Part shown: piece by piece, positions 1-10,020 of the stretch
Layout: each line of letters begins with the position of its first letter
Numbering within the stretch: the stretch's first letter is position 1
Assembly: GCA_963733715.1 (NCBI GenBank)
Contig: CAVTEN010000039.1
Location: forward strand, 13,074-77,073
DNA length: 64,000 nt
DNA from: an uncultured delta proteobacterium
Lineage (GTDB): Bacteria > Desulfobacterota > Binatia > Binatales > Binataceae
Reading direction: 5' to 3'
Made by a program: the position numbers and the translations under genes
The notes under the pieces: generated by a model
Told to the model about the DNA's origin: nothing
Databases searched by the model: none
Seen by the model: only the letters and a program-made list of their open reading frames with translations

Positions 1-346
1 AGGTGGTGACGCGCCAGGTATTCTCGAAGGTGCTCGGCTTGGTGTCCATCAATTTGCCGAATGGACGCATCGCGGCGTTGTACAGCAACGCGTCGACGTC
101 GCCGAGTTCGCGCCGAATCTTCTCGAATGCCGCCGCTATATCCGCGGCCTTGGCGACATCTGCCGAGACCGCGATCGCCTTGCCACCAGCCGTTTCGATT
201 TCCTTAGCCAGGGAAGCAAGCTTGTCCTCACCGCGCGCGACCAGCGCGACCGCGTATTCTTCGGCAAATTTCCGGGCGAGCGCGGCACCCAATCCAGGCC
301 CGACACCGATTACCGCACAGACTGGACGACGATTTGATTCCGCCAT
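1..346 (-). CDS. SDR family oxidoreductase, N-terminal part (runs off the window start)
   Basis: Manual translation from ATG at 346 (GGAGGA RBS upstream): MAESNRRPVCAVIGVGPGLGAALARKFAEE...LLYNAA, with the Rossmann GxGxxxG and NAA motifs of SDRs. Absent from the ORF track because there is no stop in the window. Confidence 0.9.
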   Translation of the reverse strand, partial: MAESNRRPVCAVIGVGPGLGAALARKFAEEYAVALVARGEDKLASLAKEIETAGGKAIAVSADVAKAADIAAAFEKIRRELGDVDALLYNAAMRPFGKLMDTKPSTFENTWRVTT

Positions 347-380
347 GCGTTCCTCCTGCGCTAGCGAATGGAATTGATGA

Positions 381-410
381 ATAGGGGCGGCACGAGGCCG
401 CCCCATCTAC
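381..410 (-). repeat. REP-like GC hairpin (GTAG-tagged on the minus strand)
   Basis: Minus strand reads GTAGAT-GGGGCGGC-CTCGT-GCCGCCCC; 8-bp perfect stem 384-391/397-404, lying between DUF1329 and the SDR gene. Confidence 0.5.
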
Positions 411-424
411 AGGCGAGGTTAGTG

Positions 425-1747
425 CTACGGCGCCGCTTTGACCATCGCGTCGGTCGTGAAGAAATTCTTGTCGACCGCGCCCATGTTGATGTACCAGCAC
501 TCGCGCTCAGGAGTCTGAAGGCCCGGCAGGTAGCACATGGTCGCGAACCCGCTTTGGACGTCAGTCGAGACCGCGCCGACTTCGAACTCGCGCTTGAATG
601 GATAAATCGCCACGCGCGCATCGGGCACCGGCCGATCGCGATAGGTTGTCCACCAGATATGATTCAGCCAGAGCTGTCCCTTCTGATCGTATTCGTCGAT
701 GTACGGCTGGTACCACATCTCGGAGTCCATATAGATGACGGTCTTGCCCTGTAGCGCCTGCGAAATCAGCTCGCGGCGCGGCGATGCCTCAACGATGTAC
801 ATATTGCGCATCTCCCACGCCTCGGGACACGCGCTCGCGCCACCGTCAGTTGAGCACTTCAACTCAGGTGAATGCTCGGCGTGTGCGACTCCCAGCATCG
901 CGCGATCACCGAGAAACTTGTAGTTGTATTCCTCGGTCTTGGCGTTGAAGCCCGAGTAGTGATCCGGGTTCCAGGTCTGCGCGCTGGTCGCCGTGCTCTC
1001 CAGCGCCTCGTTCAGACGGCGAATCCGGCGCGTTCCGGGATTCCAGCTCCAGTCGTCGTCGCCGCGATTCGGTTGTTCATAGCGAAAGCGAATGAATCCG
1101 GTGCCGCGCTCAGCCTGCGGCGCAAGCACAGGGTATAGCCCGAACAGCCACAGGCGGTTGGTCTTTTTGAAATCGGGATCGACCGGCATCGGCTCGACCT
1201 CGACCCGGCCGACCAGGTCGTAACCGGCGTAATGCCCAATCTGGTAGTACTGGATCACGTTGTTGGGCTTGTTGCGTCCGCCGTACACGCTTTCGCAATC
1301 GTAAAAGCGCAGGTCGTAGTCGTCGGTGAGGAGGGGGCGGAACACGTTGTTCCACATGATCTTGGTCGCCACCTGCGGATCGTTGGTGTCTATTAGCGGG
1401 AACGGCTGGCCGGCGACGTAGCCGACGAGGCTGCGATTGTCATGGCTCAGGCGCACCTGCGCCGAGTACTTCTCGGTCGCCTCCTTGTAGGGCGGTGGCC
1501 AATCGATTTGACCGCTCGGGGTGATCTTCATCGACATTCCATTTTCGACCTTGTAGTAGACCCCCGGCGAGACGAGATCCCTTACCTTCGACGCGTTGGC
1601 CGCCGTGATCACATCGCCCGGCTTGACGTCGGCGCGCGCTGCCGCCGCGATCGCAATCACCGTCAATACGGCAACAACGGCGAGCGCCATGCGGGCCGGT
1701 GCAGTCCACTCGTCGGTCCTTCGAACATAGTTACTCAACTGTTCCAT
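425..1747 (-). CDS. DUF1329 family secreted/outer-membrane-associated protein
   Basis: Signal peptide followed by 'DVKPGDVITAAN', 'GQPFPLID..DPQVATKIMWN' and 'W...P..RRIRR', typical of DUF1329. Confidence 0.85.
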   Translation of the reverse strand: MEQLSNYVRRTDEWTAPARMALAVVAVLTVIAIAAAARADVKPGDVITAANASKVRDLVSPGVYYKVENGMSMKITPSGQIDWPPPYKEATEKYSAQVRLSHDNRSLVGYVAGQPFPLIDTNDPQVATKIMWNNVFRPLLTDDYDLRFYDCESVYGGRNKPNNVIQYYQIGHYAGYDLVGRVEVEPMPVDPDFKKTNRLWLFGLYPVLAPQAERGTGFIRFRYEQPNRGDDDWSWNPGTRRIRRLNEALESTATSAQTWNPDHYSGFNAKTEEYNYKFLGDRAMLGVAHAEHSPELKCSTDGGASACPEAWEMRNMYIVEASPRRELISQALQGKTVIYMDSEMWYQPYIDEYDQKGQLWLNHIWWTTYRDRPVPDARVAIYPFKREFEVGAVSTDVQSGFATMCYLPGLQTPERECWYINMGAVDKNFFTTDAMVKAAP

Positions 1748-2007
1748 GGGTGCCTTGCCTCCTCGAGCAGAAATAGGAAAGAGGAAGCAACGTGGATGCC
1801 ATCACGCCGCGCCCGAAATGTTCGCGAGAGCACTCGGAAAATTCGGATGAGAACGCGAAGAACAATTCGCACTAAGCGGAAGCGCCGGCGTCGAGCAAAG
1901 TCGATTAGACACTTCGATCAAGATTGATCGAATTAAAACGCAGCGAACGCCGCGAATTTCTGCTCAATCAAAATCAGATCCTGTCCTCGATCTCAAAATT
2001 TAAAATT

Positions 2008-2041
2008 AGTTGCAAATTGCCACGAAGTTGCAAATTGCCAC
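2008..2041. promoter_or_regulatory. 16-bp direct repeat AGTTGCAAATTGCCAC x2, candidate operator
   Basis: Perfect copies at 2008-2023 and 2026-2041 in an AT-rich stretch upstream of the DUF1329 gene. Confidence 0.45.
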
Positions 2042-2088
2042 TGGAAAAGAAAAGCCTCGCTGGATGTCGGGCCGCCGCCCTCTCTCGT

Positions 2089-2126
2089 CCGGTTCCCCGC
2101 TCGGGAAGGGGTTAGGGGTTGGGTTC
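2089..2126 (+). repeat. REP family A copy 1 (left arm truncated)
   Basis: CCGGTTCCCC-GCTC-GGGAAGGGG-TTAGGGG-TTGGGTT; lacks the TTCCC of the left arm. Confidence 0.8.
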
Positions 2127-2143
2127 TTCGCGATTCAGGTTTG

Positions 2144-3112
2144 TTACGGTATCAGCACCAACTTCCCCGTCGATTGCCGCGACTCCATGAACTTGTGCGC
2201 CTCGGCCGCCTGCGCGAGCGGGAATGATTTGCCGACGAGCAGCTTGACCTTCCCCTGTGCGATCAGCTTGAACGATTCCTCGATTCCGCGGCGCATCGCC
2301 TCGGGCACCGCGGCCACGGTATACAGCGTGAAACCGCTCACCTTGGTCGATTTGTCGAACAGCCTGAACAAGTTGAGCGGCTCGGGCGCGTCGCCGGAGC
2401 GTCCATAGAGAATCAGATGCCCAAACGGAGCGAGGCACGTCATCCCCTTATCAAATGTTGTAGCGCCGATCGCGTCCAGGATCAGATCGACGCCGCGCCC
2501 TCCGGTCAGACGGTTTGCCTCGGCGGCGAAATCCTTCGTCGCGTAATTGATCACGTCGTCCGCGCCGTACTCTTTCGCGAGCGCGGCCTTGCTGTCGCTC
2601 GAGACCGTGCCAATCACGCGAGCGCCCGCTACCTTCGCGATTTGCACCGCGACGATTCCGACGCCACCTGCCGCGGAATGCACCAGCACCGTCTGTCCCG
2701 GTCGGGTGTCGTGCGCGGTGTGCAGCATGTGCCAGGCAGTCAGCACCTGCACCGGAAAGGCGGCGGCCTGCTCGAAGCTCAAGGAGTCGGGAATCGGAAT
2801 CACCTGCGTCGCCGGCGCGATCGCATACTCGGCGTACATCTTACTGCCGAGTGCGGCGACGCGCTGACCGGGCCTGAGATTCTCCACCCCCGCACCCACC
2901 GCCTCGATTTCGCCGGCCGCTTCGAGCCCCGGCGTATCGGGCAGTTGCGGCTGCATCATGTACTGTCCCTGCCGAAATAGCGTATCGGCAAAATTGATCC
3001 CGGCCGCGCGCACTTTGATCAGCACGGTTCCAGGCTTCACCTCCGGCTTCGGAACCTCCGCAATCTTCAGCACCTCGGGTCCGCCAACCTTGTCGAATAC
3101 CACAGCTTTCAT
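2144..3112 (-). CDS. qor: NADPH:quinone oxidoreductase (zeta-crystallin/MDR family)
   Basis: 'GGPEVL', 'AAGINFAD', 'PGLEAAGEI', 'VLVHSAAGGVG', 'GKLVLIP'. Confidence 0.9.
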   Translation of the reverse strand: MKAVVFDKVGGPEVLKIAEVPKPEVKPGTVLIKVRAAGINFADTLFRQGQYMMQPQLPDTPGLEAAGEIEAVGAGVENLRPGQRVAALGSKMYAEYAIAPATQVIPIPDSLSFEQAAAFPVQVLTAWHMLHTAHDTRPGQTVLVHSAAGGVGIVAVQIAKVAGARVIGTVSSDSKAALAKEYGADDVINYATKDFAAEANRLTGGRGVDLILDAIGATTFDKGMTCLAPFGHLILYGRSGDAPEPLNLFRLFDKSTKVSGFTLYTVAAVPEAMRRGIEESFKLIAQGKVKLLVGKSFPLAQAAEAHKFMESRQSTGKLVLIP

Positions 3113-3173
3113 GGAATCACCTCGATCGTAGCGTGATCAGCCTTCTTCCCCTCTCTCAGAATGGGAGAGGATC

Positions 3174-3195
3174 GTAGGACGGAATTTATTCCGTC
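3174..3195 (+). repeat. GTAG-type REP (family C)
   Basis: GTAG-GACGGAA-TTTA-TTCCGTC, identical to 17447-17468; preceded by a family-B-like hairpin CCTCTCTCAGAATGGGAGAGG at 3150-3170. Confidence 0.75.
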
Positions 3196-3299
3196 AACGC
3201 GCGTTTCGCGCGCGATTCAAGATTCTGCTCCAGGCAGCGCGAGCAGCATTTTGAGATCTATCTCACGGATTGCGGAACGATGGAACTCTTATCGCCAGA

Positions 3300-3881
3300 T
3301 CACGCCGTACGCATGAGCGCCTCTTCCACGAACTCCAACCGATCGTTCCCCCAGAACATTTCACCATCGACGAAAAACGTCGGCGCTCCGAACGCGCCGC
3401 GGCTGACGGCCTCGTCCGCGTTCGCGCGCAGCTGATTCTTGATTTCGTCGCCGTCGATCAGCGTCGGATCGATTCCCACCTCACTCAGGAGTCGGCGCAG
3501 CGCGTCCTCCTTGCTGAGGTCCTGCCCATGTTCCCAAATGTTGCGAAACGCCGCCGTGTGAAACTCTGCAAATCGGCCGTGCCTTTGCGCAGCGACCGCG
3601 GCGCGCAGCAAGCGAATCGAATTGAACGGAAAATGTGGACTGAACTGCGCCGGAACGCCGTAGCGCTTCGCCCATCGCTGAAAATCCGCGACGTTGTAAC
3701 CCGCCTTGCCCTGAATCGGGAGCGGACCCGAGTTGCCGGTCGCCTTCATGATGGCTCCGAGCAAAATCGGCCGATACACGATCTCCGCGCCAGTGCGTCG
3801 CACAATCGCAGGCAGTTGCGTGTCGGCAAGATAGCTGAACGGACTGAGGTAGTCGTAAAAGAATTCGAGTTGTTTAGCCAT
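3300..3881 (-). CDS. 2-hydroxychromene-2-carboxylate isomerase / kappa-GST (DsbA-like)
   Basis: 'EFFYDYLSPFSYL', 'YRPILLG', 'GAFGAPTFFVDGEMFWGNDRL'; start placed at ATG 3881. Confidence 0.9.
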   Translation of the reverse strand: MAKQLEFFYDYLSPFSYLADTQLPAIVRRTGAEIVYRPILLGAIMKATGNSGPLPIQGKAGYNVADFQRWAKRYGVPAQFSPHFPFNSIRLLRAAVAAQRHGRFAEFHTAAFRNIWEHGQDLSKEDALRRLLSEVGIDPTLIDGDEIKNQLRANADEAVSRGAFGAPTFFVDGEMFWGNDRLEFVEEALMRTA

Positions 3882-4006
3882 CACGAATCTCCCGCAGCAA
3901 TGCCTAAACCGTCTGTCAGATAAATCAGTTTCAAATAGCAACTGATACCGATAGCAGGCCTTGTCCTGAATCGCAACTATCCTGGCGAGTGCCCGACGGC
4001 GCGCGC

Positions 4007-4291
4007 TCAGTACATTTCGAAATTGTCCGCGTGGAGGCGGGGATCGTCAGCGGCGATGCACTTCCCCGCCAACACGCGCCTTTGGATCACAGAGAGGTTG
4101 ATGTTGCCCGATATCAGCGCGGTCAGCTTGGCGAGTTCGTCTTTGCACCCAGTGGCTGTCAGATAGTTCCCAACCGTGTCCCACTGAGAAAAAGGAGCAT
4201 CCTTCTCCACTTGCTGGCGGTCTCGAGAAAGTGGCGGCATTATCAGGCACCAGCCCACAAGCGTGAGCCCGGCTACGTGACGAAGTTTCAT
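4007..4291 (-). CDS. small secreted two-cysteine protein, paralog of 4380-4784
   Basis: MKLRHVAGLTLVGWCLIMPP...APFSQW...C...CIAADDPRL; start placed at ATG 4291. Confidence 0.7.
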   Translation of the reverse strand: MKLRHVAGLTLVGWCLIMPPLSRDRQQVEKDAPFSQWDTVGNYLTATGCKDELAKLTALISGNINLSVIQRRVLAGKCIAADDPRLHADNFEMY

Positions 4292-4379
4292 TGGCGTTTG
4301 TTTAGCAAGCTGCTCCACAAAGCAAAAGGCGTGAAAGTTCGAGTCTAAGGCCCCATCGAAATGGAGAGAGCCAGGAATC

Positions 4380-4784
4380 CTAATTCCTGAGGCGCGGATC
4401 ATCGGAAGCGACGCATTGAATGTGCAGCGTGCCAAGAAAGTAGGTCCATTCCACGTAGCGCGTTTCTGAAGGCATTTCTGCGATTCCCGGCGGAGCGTCG
4501 AGGAGCTTTTTCTGAGCATCACGAATCGAGTTCGCGCGATAATCTTCGCAAGCCTGTTTTGAGTCGAACGACTCAAAATATTTGCCGCCATTCTCCATTC
4601 TGCTTTTCTGCCATTGAACCAATGGGGCGTGAAAGTCGGGTCCAACTAGTGGCCTCCCTTGCCGGTCCGTGGCTTGAGGCGGAGTCATCAAGTACCAGCC
4701 GACCGGTTTTCTTGAGCAACTGCATATGCCGCCCAATATGCTACCCAGGACCAGTGCGAGCGCGGCAGCGTGGCGGGGCTTCAT
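4380..4784 (-). CDS. small secreted or lipoprotein two-cysteine protein, paralog of 4007-4291
   Basis: MKPRHAAALAL...GWYLMTPP...APLVQW...C...CVASDDPRL. Confidence 0.75.
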   Translation of the reverse strand: MKPRHAAALALVLGSILGGICSCSRKPVGWYLMTPPQATDRQGRPLVGPDFHAPLVQWQKSRMENGGKYFESFDSKQACEDYRANSIRDAQKKLLDAPPGIAEMPSETRYVEWTYFLGTLHIQCVASDDPRLRN

Positions 4785-4941
4785 ACGCTGATTGTCTAAC
4801 AGGCGGGGGCTGGCGAAGACAAATTAAGAGGATGCGCGCTGGTAAACCAAGTTTCAAAGTGCAACGATATTTTTCGTCGCCGATGCTGGGGAGCGTCGCG
4901 GCACGCGAAATTCAATTCAGGAAGTGGAGTGACAGACGCCC

Positions 4942-5442
4942 ATGCGATGGGACTCGGTCAAGAATATGAACTGTTCGGTCGCGCGGACGCTGTCGGTAAT
5001 CGGCGAGCGATGGACGATGCTGATACTGCGCGAAGCGTTTCTTGGACGCCATCGGTTTGACGAATTCCAGCAGGGGACCGGAATCGCGCGCAACATCCTG
5101 AGCTCGAGGCTGCGCGACCTGGTGCGCGACGGCATCCTCGATCGCGCGCGCAGCGAAGGCGACAGCGGCCGCGTCGAGTATCGGCTGACCCGGAAAGGAC
5201 TCGAACTCTACCCCGTGCTGATCGCGATGATGCGATGGGGCGACACCTGGCTCAGCGACGAATCGGGCCCGCCGATGACGCTGATACATCGCGTCTGCGG
5301 CGCGAAGACCGTGGCGGATATGGTCTGCTCACATTGCGGGGATTATCTCACCGCGCGCGAGGTCGTCGCGATCCCGCGCAGGCCGGCGCCCGCACACACG
5401 CGACGCGCCGATCGAACCAATCGCAAACGCGCCGCCCGCTGA
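4942..5442 (+). CDS. HxlR-family winged-helix transcriptional regulator
   Basis: 'CSVARTLSVIGERWTMLILREAFLG..RFDEFQ..TGIARNILSSRL..LV..GIL', 'EYRLTRKG'. Confidence 0.9.
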   Translation: MRWDSVKNMNCSVARTLSVIGERWTMLILREAFLGRHRFDEFQQGTGIARNILSSRLRDLVRDGILDRARSEGDSGRVEYRLTRKGLELYPVLIAMMRWGDTWLSDESGPPMTLIHRVCGAKTVADMVCSHCGDYLTAREVVAIPRRPAPAHTRRADRTNRKRAAR

Positions 5443-5496
5443 CCTCACTCGGCGTCTGGCGCGGCTCGCGCCGGGCACACACAATAATTGTTAAAT

Positions 5497-6123
5497 ATGA
5501 TTGAGCTTGTGATGTTCGACGCCGACGGCGTGCTGTTCGATTCCACCGAATCGAACGTTGCTTATTACAACTGGATTTTCGCGAAGATCGGCGAGCCGCC
5601 GCTCGACCGCGATGAGGAGATCTCGGCAATTTCGTACGCAGCGAGCGAGGTGTTCGCTGCTCGCGCTCGCGGCGACGCGGCGAAGCTCGGCATGATGCAC
5701 GACGTGGCGCGCAACATGGATCAGACGCCATTCTTCAAAATGCTGCTGACGCCGTTCGAGTTGCGACCCTTCATGCTCGAACTCAAAAAGCGCTACAAGC
5801 TCGGGCTGGCCACAAATCGCTCGGCGACCGTTCCTGCGCTGGTCGAGCATCTCGGGCTCGAAGGGATATTCGATGCGGTCGCGAGCGCGCTCGACAAGGT
5901 TCGCCCCAAGCCTGCGCCAGACATCCTGCGCCTGTGCCTGGATCGCGCAGGAGTCGACGCGACGCGCGCCGTCTACGTGGGCGACAGCAGGATCGATCGC
6001 GAGGCTGCAGAGAGCGCGGGCATGCACTTCATCGGCGTCGGCAGCCGCATCGAGCATCATCGCTTGATTGATACGATTGCAGAGCTGCTGACGGCGATCG
6101 AACTGTTGGAGAGGTCAGCCTGA
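5497..6123 (+). CDS. HAD-superfamily hydrolase (phosphoglycolate phosphatase-like)
   Basis: Motif I 'FDADGVLFDS', motif II 'ATNR', 'KPAPD', motif IV 'VGDS..D'. Confidence 0.9.
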   Translation: MIELVMFDADGVLFDSTESNVAYYNWIFAKIGEPPLDRDEEISAISYAASEVFAARARGDAAKLGMMHDVARNMDQTPFFKMLLTPFELRPFMLELKKRYKLGLATNRSATVPALVEHLGLEGIFDAVASALDKVRPKPAPDILRLCLDRAGVDATRAVYVGDSRIDREAAESAGMHFIGVGSRIEHHRLIDTIAELLTAIELLERSA

Positions 6124-6136
6124 GGTTGGCCCCCAC

Positions 6137-7682
6137 TTAGAGAATCATTTCGATCAGTGTCGGACCCGGCGTCGCGAGCGAGCGTTCCAATTCCAGTGTG
6201 AGCGCCTCCGCCGTCTCGACGCGCACAGCGGGCACCCCGAGTCCGCGCGCCAGGCTGGTCCATTCAATACCGGGATTGGAAAGGCTCGTGAGCGATCGCG
6301 CCTTGCGCCCGGGTTCGGTCACGCCCGCACGCGCGAGTTCAACCTGCAGGATTCTGTAACTGTGATTGTTGCACAGCACCGTCGTGACGTTGAGCGACTC
6401 GCGCGCCTGCGTCCACAGCGCCTGGATCGTGTACATCCCGCTACCGTCGGCTTGATAGGCAATCACGCGCCGATCCGGACACGCGACCGCCGCGCCGGTT
6501 GCGCATGGCAATCCCTGTCCGATCGCGCCGCCCGTGAGCGAAAGATACGTATGCGGCGGCGCCGATGCCGACGCAGCCAGGAACGGAAGGCCGGTGGTGG
6601 CAGCCTCGTCCATCACGATCGCACCCTCGGGCATCGTCGCCGCAATCGCAGCGCCCGCGGTCATCGCGTCAAGTTTTCCGACGGGACGTTCGGGGCGCGA
6701 TACCTTCGACGGCGTCGCGACCGAAACCGGCGCGCCTATTTCACTCGCGAGCGCTTCCAGCGCGGCGGGGACGTCATCGGTCGGATCGGCCAGGATCGCG
6801 GTGTCGACGCCCTCAGGAATCAACTGGCTCGGATAATCAGGATAGCCGAAAAACGCGACCGGCTTTTTCGCGCCGGCGATGACAATCGTATCGAAAGGCT
6901 TCAGCGCCTCGATCGCTTGCTCAGGAAAGTACGGCAGGCGATCGAGCGTGGGCATGCCCGCGCCGCGTTCGAGTCGTGCGGGAAACGTTTCGCAGGTTAA
7001 ATGACATCCCGACTTCGCGGCGATGCGCGCTGCCGCCTTCAGTCCTCGCGCGCGAAGAGCAGTGCCGCCGAGAAAGAGTGCGACTTTCTTGCCCTTGCGG
7101 ATCGATTCGGCCGCGCGCTTGATCGCATCAGAGGACACTGCCGGCGGCGCCGTCGGCTCGATTGGATCAGCGTGCCGTCTCGGCTGGATCCCACTGGCAA
7201 TCTGACGGAATGATCAACGTCGCGACTTGTCCGGGCGCGCGGCCGGCCGCGGCAATCGCCTGTGCAGTAGTGTTCGCTAGCGATGCTGCATTGCGAACGC
7301 TTTGCACCCATCCCGAAACCGGTCTCGCGAGCGAAACGATGTCGGAGGTGAGCGGTGCGTCGGCGCCCACGTGCCACGTCGCATGGTCGCCGATCAGATT
7401 CACGATCGGCGAGCGCGCGCGCCGCGCGTTGTGCAGATTCGCAATCCCGTTGGCGAAGCCCGGCCCAAGATGCAGCAGCGTCATCGCAGGCTTCTCCGCC
7501 ATCCGTCCGTAGCCGTCGGCAGCGCCGGTGCAAACACCCTCGAACAATCCGAGAATCGGCCGCAGCCCATCGACGGAATCGAGCGCCGCCACAATCGGCA
7601 TCTCGGTCGTTCCCGGATTTGCGAAACACACTTCGACGCCCGCCGCGATCGCGGTGCGAATCAGGCTCTCAGCTCCATTCAT
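6137..7682 (-). CDS. thiamine-diphosphate-dependent acetolactate synthase-like protein, frameshifted near 7178
   Basis: N-terminal 'MNGAESLI...[10 protein letters not shown]...GAADGYGRM' (7167-7682) and C-terminal ThDP motif 'QADGSGMYT...CNN' (6137-7138) join through '[19 protein letters not shown]' after a frame change. Confidence 0.85.
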
Positions 7683-7685
7683 GAT

Positions 7686-8466
7686 TCAGTCCTCAGCAGC
7701 ACCGCGCCGCTCGATCTTCATAAAATCGTGCGAGGGGTTCTGATGTCCGAACCTCTCTTTGGTCTGATCGATCGTTCCCGACTTCGTGTAATGCCACACC
7801 ATCGCGGCGCGAATGCCGCCGGACATGTTGTCGGTCGATCGATGCATCAGGTGACTGTGGAACACCAGCAGGTCGCCGGGCTGCATCAGGACCGGCACCG
7901 ATTTCGACATGTCGTAATCGACGATCTCCGTATAGCCGTATTGCGCATGCGGGCGCCGGTCCGGCACATGCTCGTGCACCGGTTCGAGATGCGATCCCGG
8001 CATCACGTGCAGGCATCCATTGTCGAGAGTAGCTTCGGTCACCGCCAGCCAGACTCCGACCTGCGGGCGCGTGCTGAACGCGAAGTAGTACGAATCCTGA
8101 TGCCACGGCTGTCCGAGCGCGCCGTGATTTTTAAAAATGAATTGACTGACGAAGCAGTCGAGATCCGGCCCGATCAGATCGCCAACTATATCGATCACCG
8201 CCGGATCCTCGACCAGCTTTTTGAAAATCGGATCGCGATGCAGCCGGAAGATCTTCCCGACGCTGTCCTCGGGGTTCCGCGCAAGTGGGTTGGGTTTTTT
8301 CTCGGGCACTACGAATACATTCGGAACCCTTTGCCCCGCAGCGCTCAGCCGGGAAATCTCGACCACTCGCGCATGCATCGCGCGGCAGTCCTGCAATCGG
8401 CGTGAAGCCGCGGATGATGAAGAAACCTCTCTCGTCCCAGTCGCGCCTATGTTCTGTCGAAAGCAT
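7686..8466 (-). CDS. phytanoyl-CoA dioxygenase (PhyH) family Fe(II)/2OG enzyme, frameshifted near 8400
   Basis: 'QPWHQDSYY' (HxD) and distal 'HRS'; the N-terminus 'MLSTEHRRDWDERGFFIIRG' lies in another frame from ATG 8466. Confidence 0.85.
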
Positions 8467-8482
8467 CGAGCGTCTTCCCCTC

Positions 8483-9919
8483 TTATGCGTTCAGCTTGGC
8501 GACGGAGTCCGCGATAGCAGTGCCCGCGAAGAATTCGGGATCCGCCTTCAGATGAAGCTGCGCCGGATACGTGAAAACGAAGTCGCGATAGTCCGCGTCG
8601 CTCAAGAGTCCCTTGTCTACCAGCCGATGGCTCTCGAGCAGCACGGTCGAGATGTCAGGCACGTCCCAGTGGCCGATGTCCGAGGAGAAGATCGGCTGCA
8701 GCCGCGTCCGCATCGGATTGGCGCGCGCGTCGAGTGCGCGATGGACGCTTAAATCATCAGCCTCGCAGCCGAAATAGAAGTTGCCGAAGATTCGCGCGAA
8801 GTCGTGCTCGTCGCGCACCCCGGTCAGCGCCCATTCGTCGCGATCCGCCGCGCGATCGTGACGCTCGAGGCCTTCGTCGTAAGCTCGCACCGCGCGCGCC
8901 GAATTCTTTGCGATGAATTCGGGACCGCCATACTCAGCGAGCAGTTGATGCAATCGCGGGCGATCGAGTCGCGACGGATCGTAATTCACCAGGCCGGCGA
9001 CGTTGCGTTTTTCCCAATGCTCTTCCAGCGAATGGAGCAGATCGCACGCCCATCCCGCGCCGCACTCCAGAAATCCGAACGCCAGCTCCGGGAACCGCGT
9101 CGCGACTCCGCCCATCACGATCGACCGGCACAACTCGCCCTGCTGATACGCGTGCGCGCCGATGTGATTGAACATGTAGTTCGTGGGCGAGCGCCGGCCG
9201 AGCGGCAGGTAGCGCAATCCAACCCCGCCGTGCGAGGTGACCGCGATTTTCAGCTCGACAAATTTGCGCCACACCGGATCGTAATCGAAGAAGCTGTCGA
9301 GCCCGTAGCAATCGAAATACGCGGCGTTGGGAAATGCCTCCGGATGCTCGCGTTCGAGCGCGGGAATCGGACGCGCCACGCCCGGCGGAATCATCGCGAC
9401 CTTCAGGCCGAGGCGCGCCGCATATTCAAGCTCGGCGATCGCTTCGTCCGGCGTATGCATCGGAATCGCGGCAGCCGGCGCGATCCGGTCGCGGAACTGT
9501 CCGCAAATTTCCGCGTTCATCGTGTTCAGCGCACGACATGCGATCCGCCGCACCTCGTCATCGTGAATCGTCGGCAGCGCGAGTCCGAGTGTCGGATACA
9601 GGATTGAAAAATCGACGCCGAGATCATTCAGCCTGCTGTACAGAAGCCGCGGCGCCATCACGGTCGCGAGGTCGTACGCGTCGTTGACGACGCCCCACCA
9701 GGCACCGCGCATGTCACCGGCGTCGCGATTTCCGCGCGAGCCGGTCGGATGCTCGCGAAGCTCGCGATTGTAACGCTCGAGCATCCCGCCGCCGCCGATC
9801 TTCTGAAGATACTCGTTGAAGAGCGGCGCCGGCTCGATCAGGTGCCCGTCGGCGTCGATCACCGGATGATCCAGCCGATCGCGCAGCGCCCGCACCTGAG
9901 AAACCTTTTCGGTGTTCAC
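8483..9919 (-). CDS. amidohydrolase family protein (amidohydro_2)
   Basis: 'VIDADGHLIE', 'SILYPT', 'TSHG', 'GFLECGAGW', 'SSDIGHWD'. Confidence 0.85.
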   Translation of the reverse strand: MNTEKVSQVRALRDRLDHPVIDADGHLIEPAPLFNEYLQKIGGGGMLERYNRELREHPTGSRGNRDAGDMRGAWWGVVNDAYDLATVMAPRLLYSRLNDLGVDFSILYPTLGLALPTIHDDEVRRIACRALNTMNAEICGQFRDRIAPAAAIPMHTPDEAIAELEYAARLGLKVAMIPPGVARPIPALEREHPEAFPNAAYFDCYGLDSFFDYDPVWRKFVELKIAVTSHGGVGLRYLPLGRRSPTNYMFNHIGAHAYQQGELCRSIVMGGVATRFPELAFGFLECGAGWACDLLHSLEEHWEKRNVAGLVNYDPSRLDRPRLHQLLAEYGGPEFIAKNSARAVRAYDEGLERHDRAADRDEWALTGVRDEHDFARIFGNFYFGCEADDLSVHRALDARANPMRTRLQPIFSSDIGHWDVPDISTVLLESHRLVDKGLLSDADYRDFVFTYPAQLHLKADPEFFAGTAIADSVAKLNA

Positions 9920-10020
9920 GTCTGAGCGGTATCGCGCACGCGTCGAGGGTGTCAAGCGCACGTCGCCCTCGCGCCGAGCGGCGTGCTGACAATCAAATCG
10001 AATGTGCAGACGAGACGGAG

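Noticed and set aside
4330-4356. tRNA-like GTTCGAGTC...CCA
   Set aside because: The T-stem does not pair beyond 2 bp and no acceptor, D or anticodon arms can be built.
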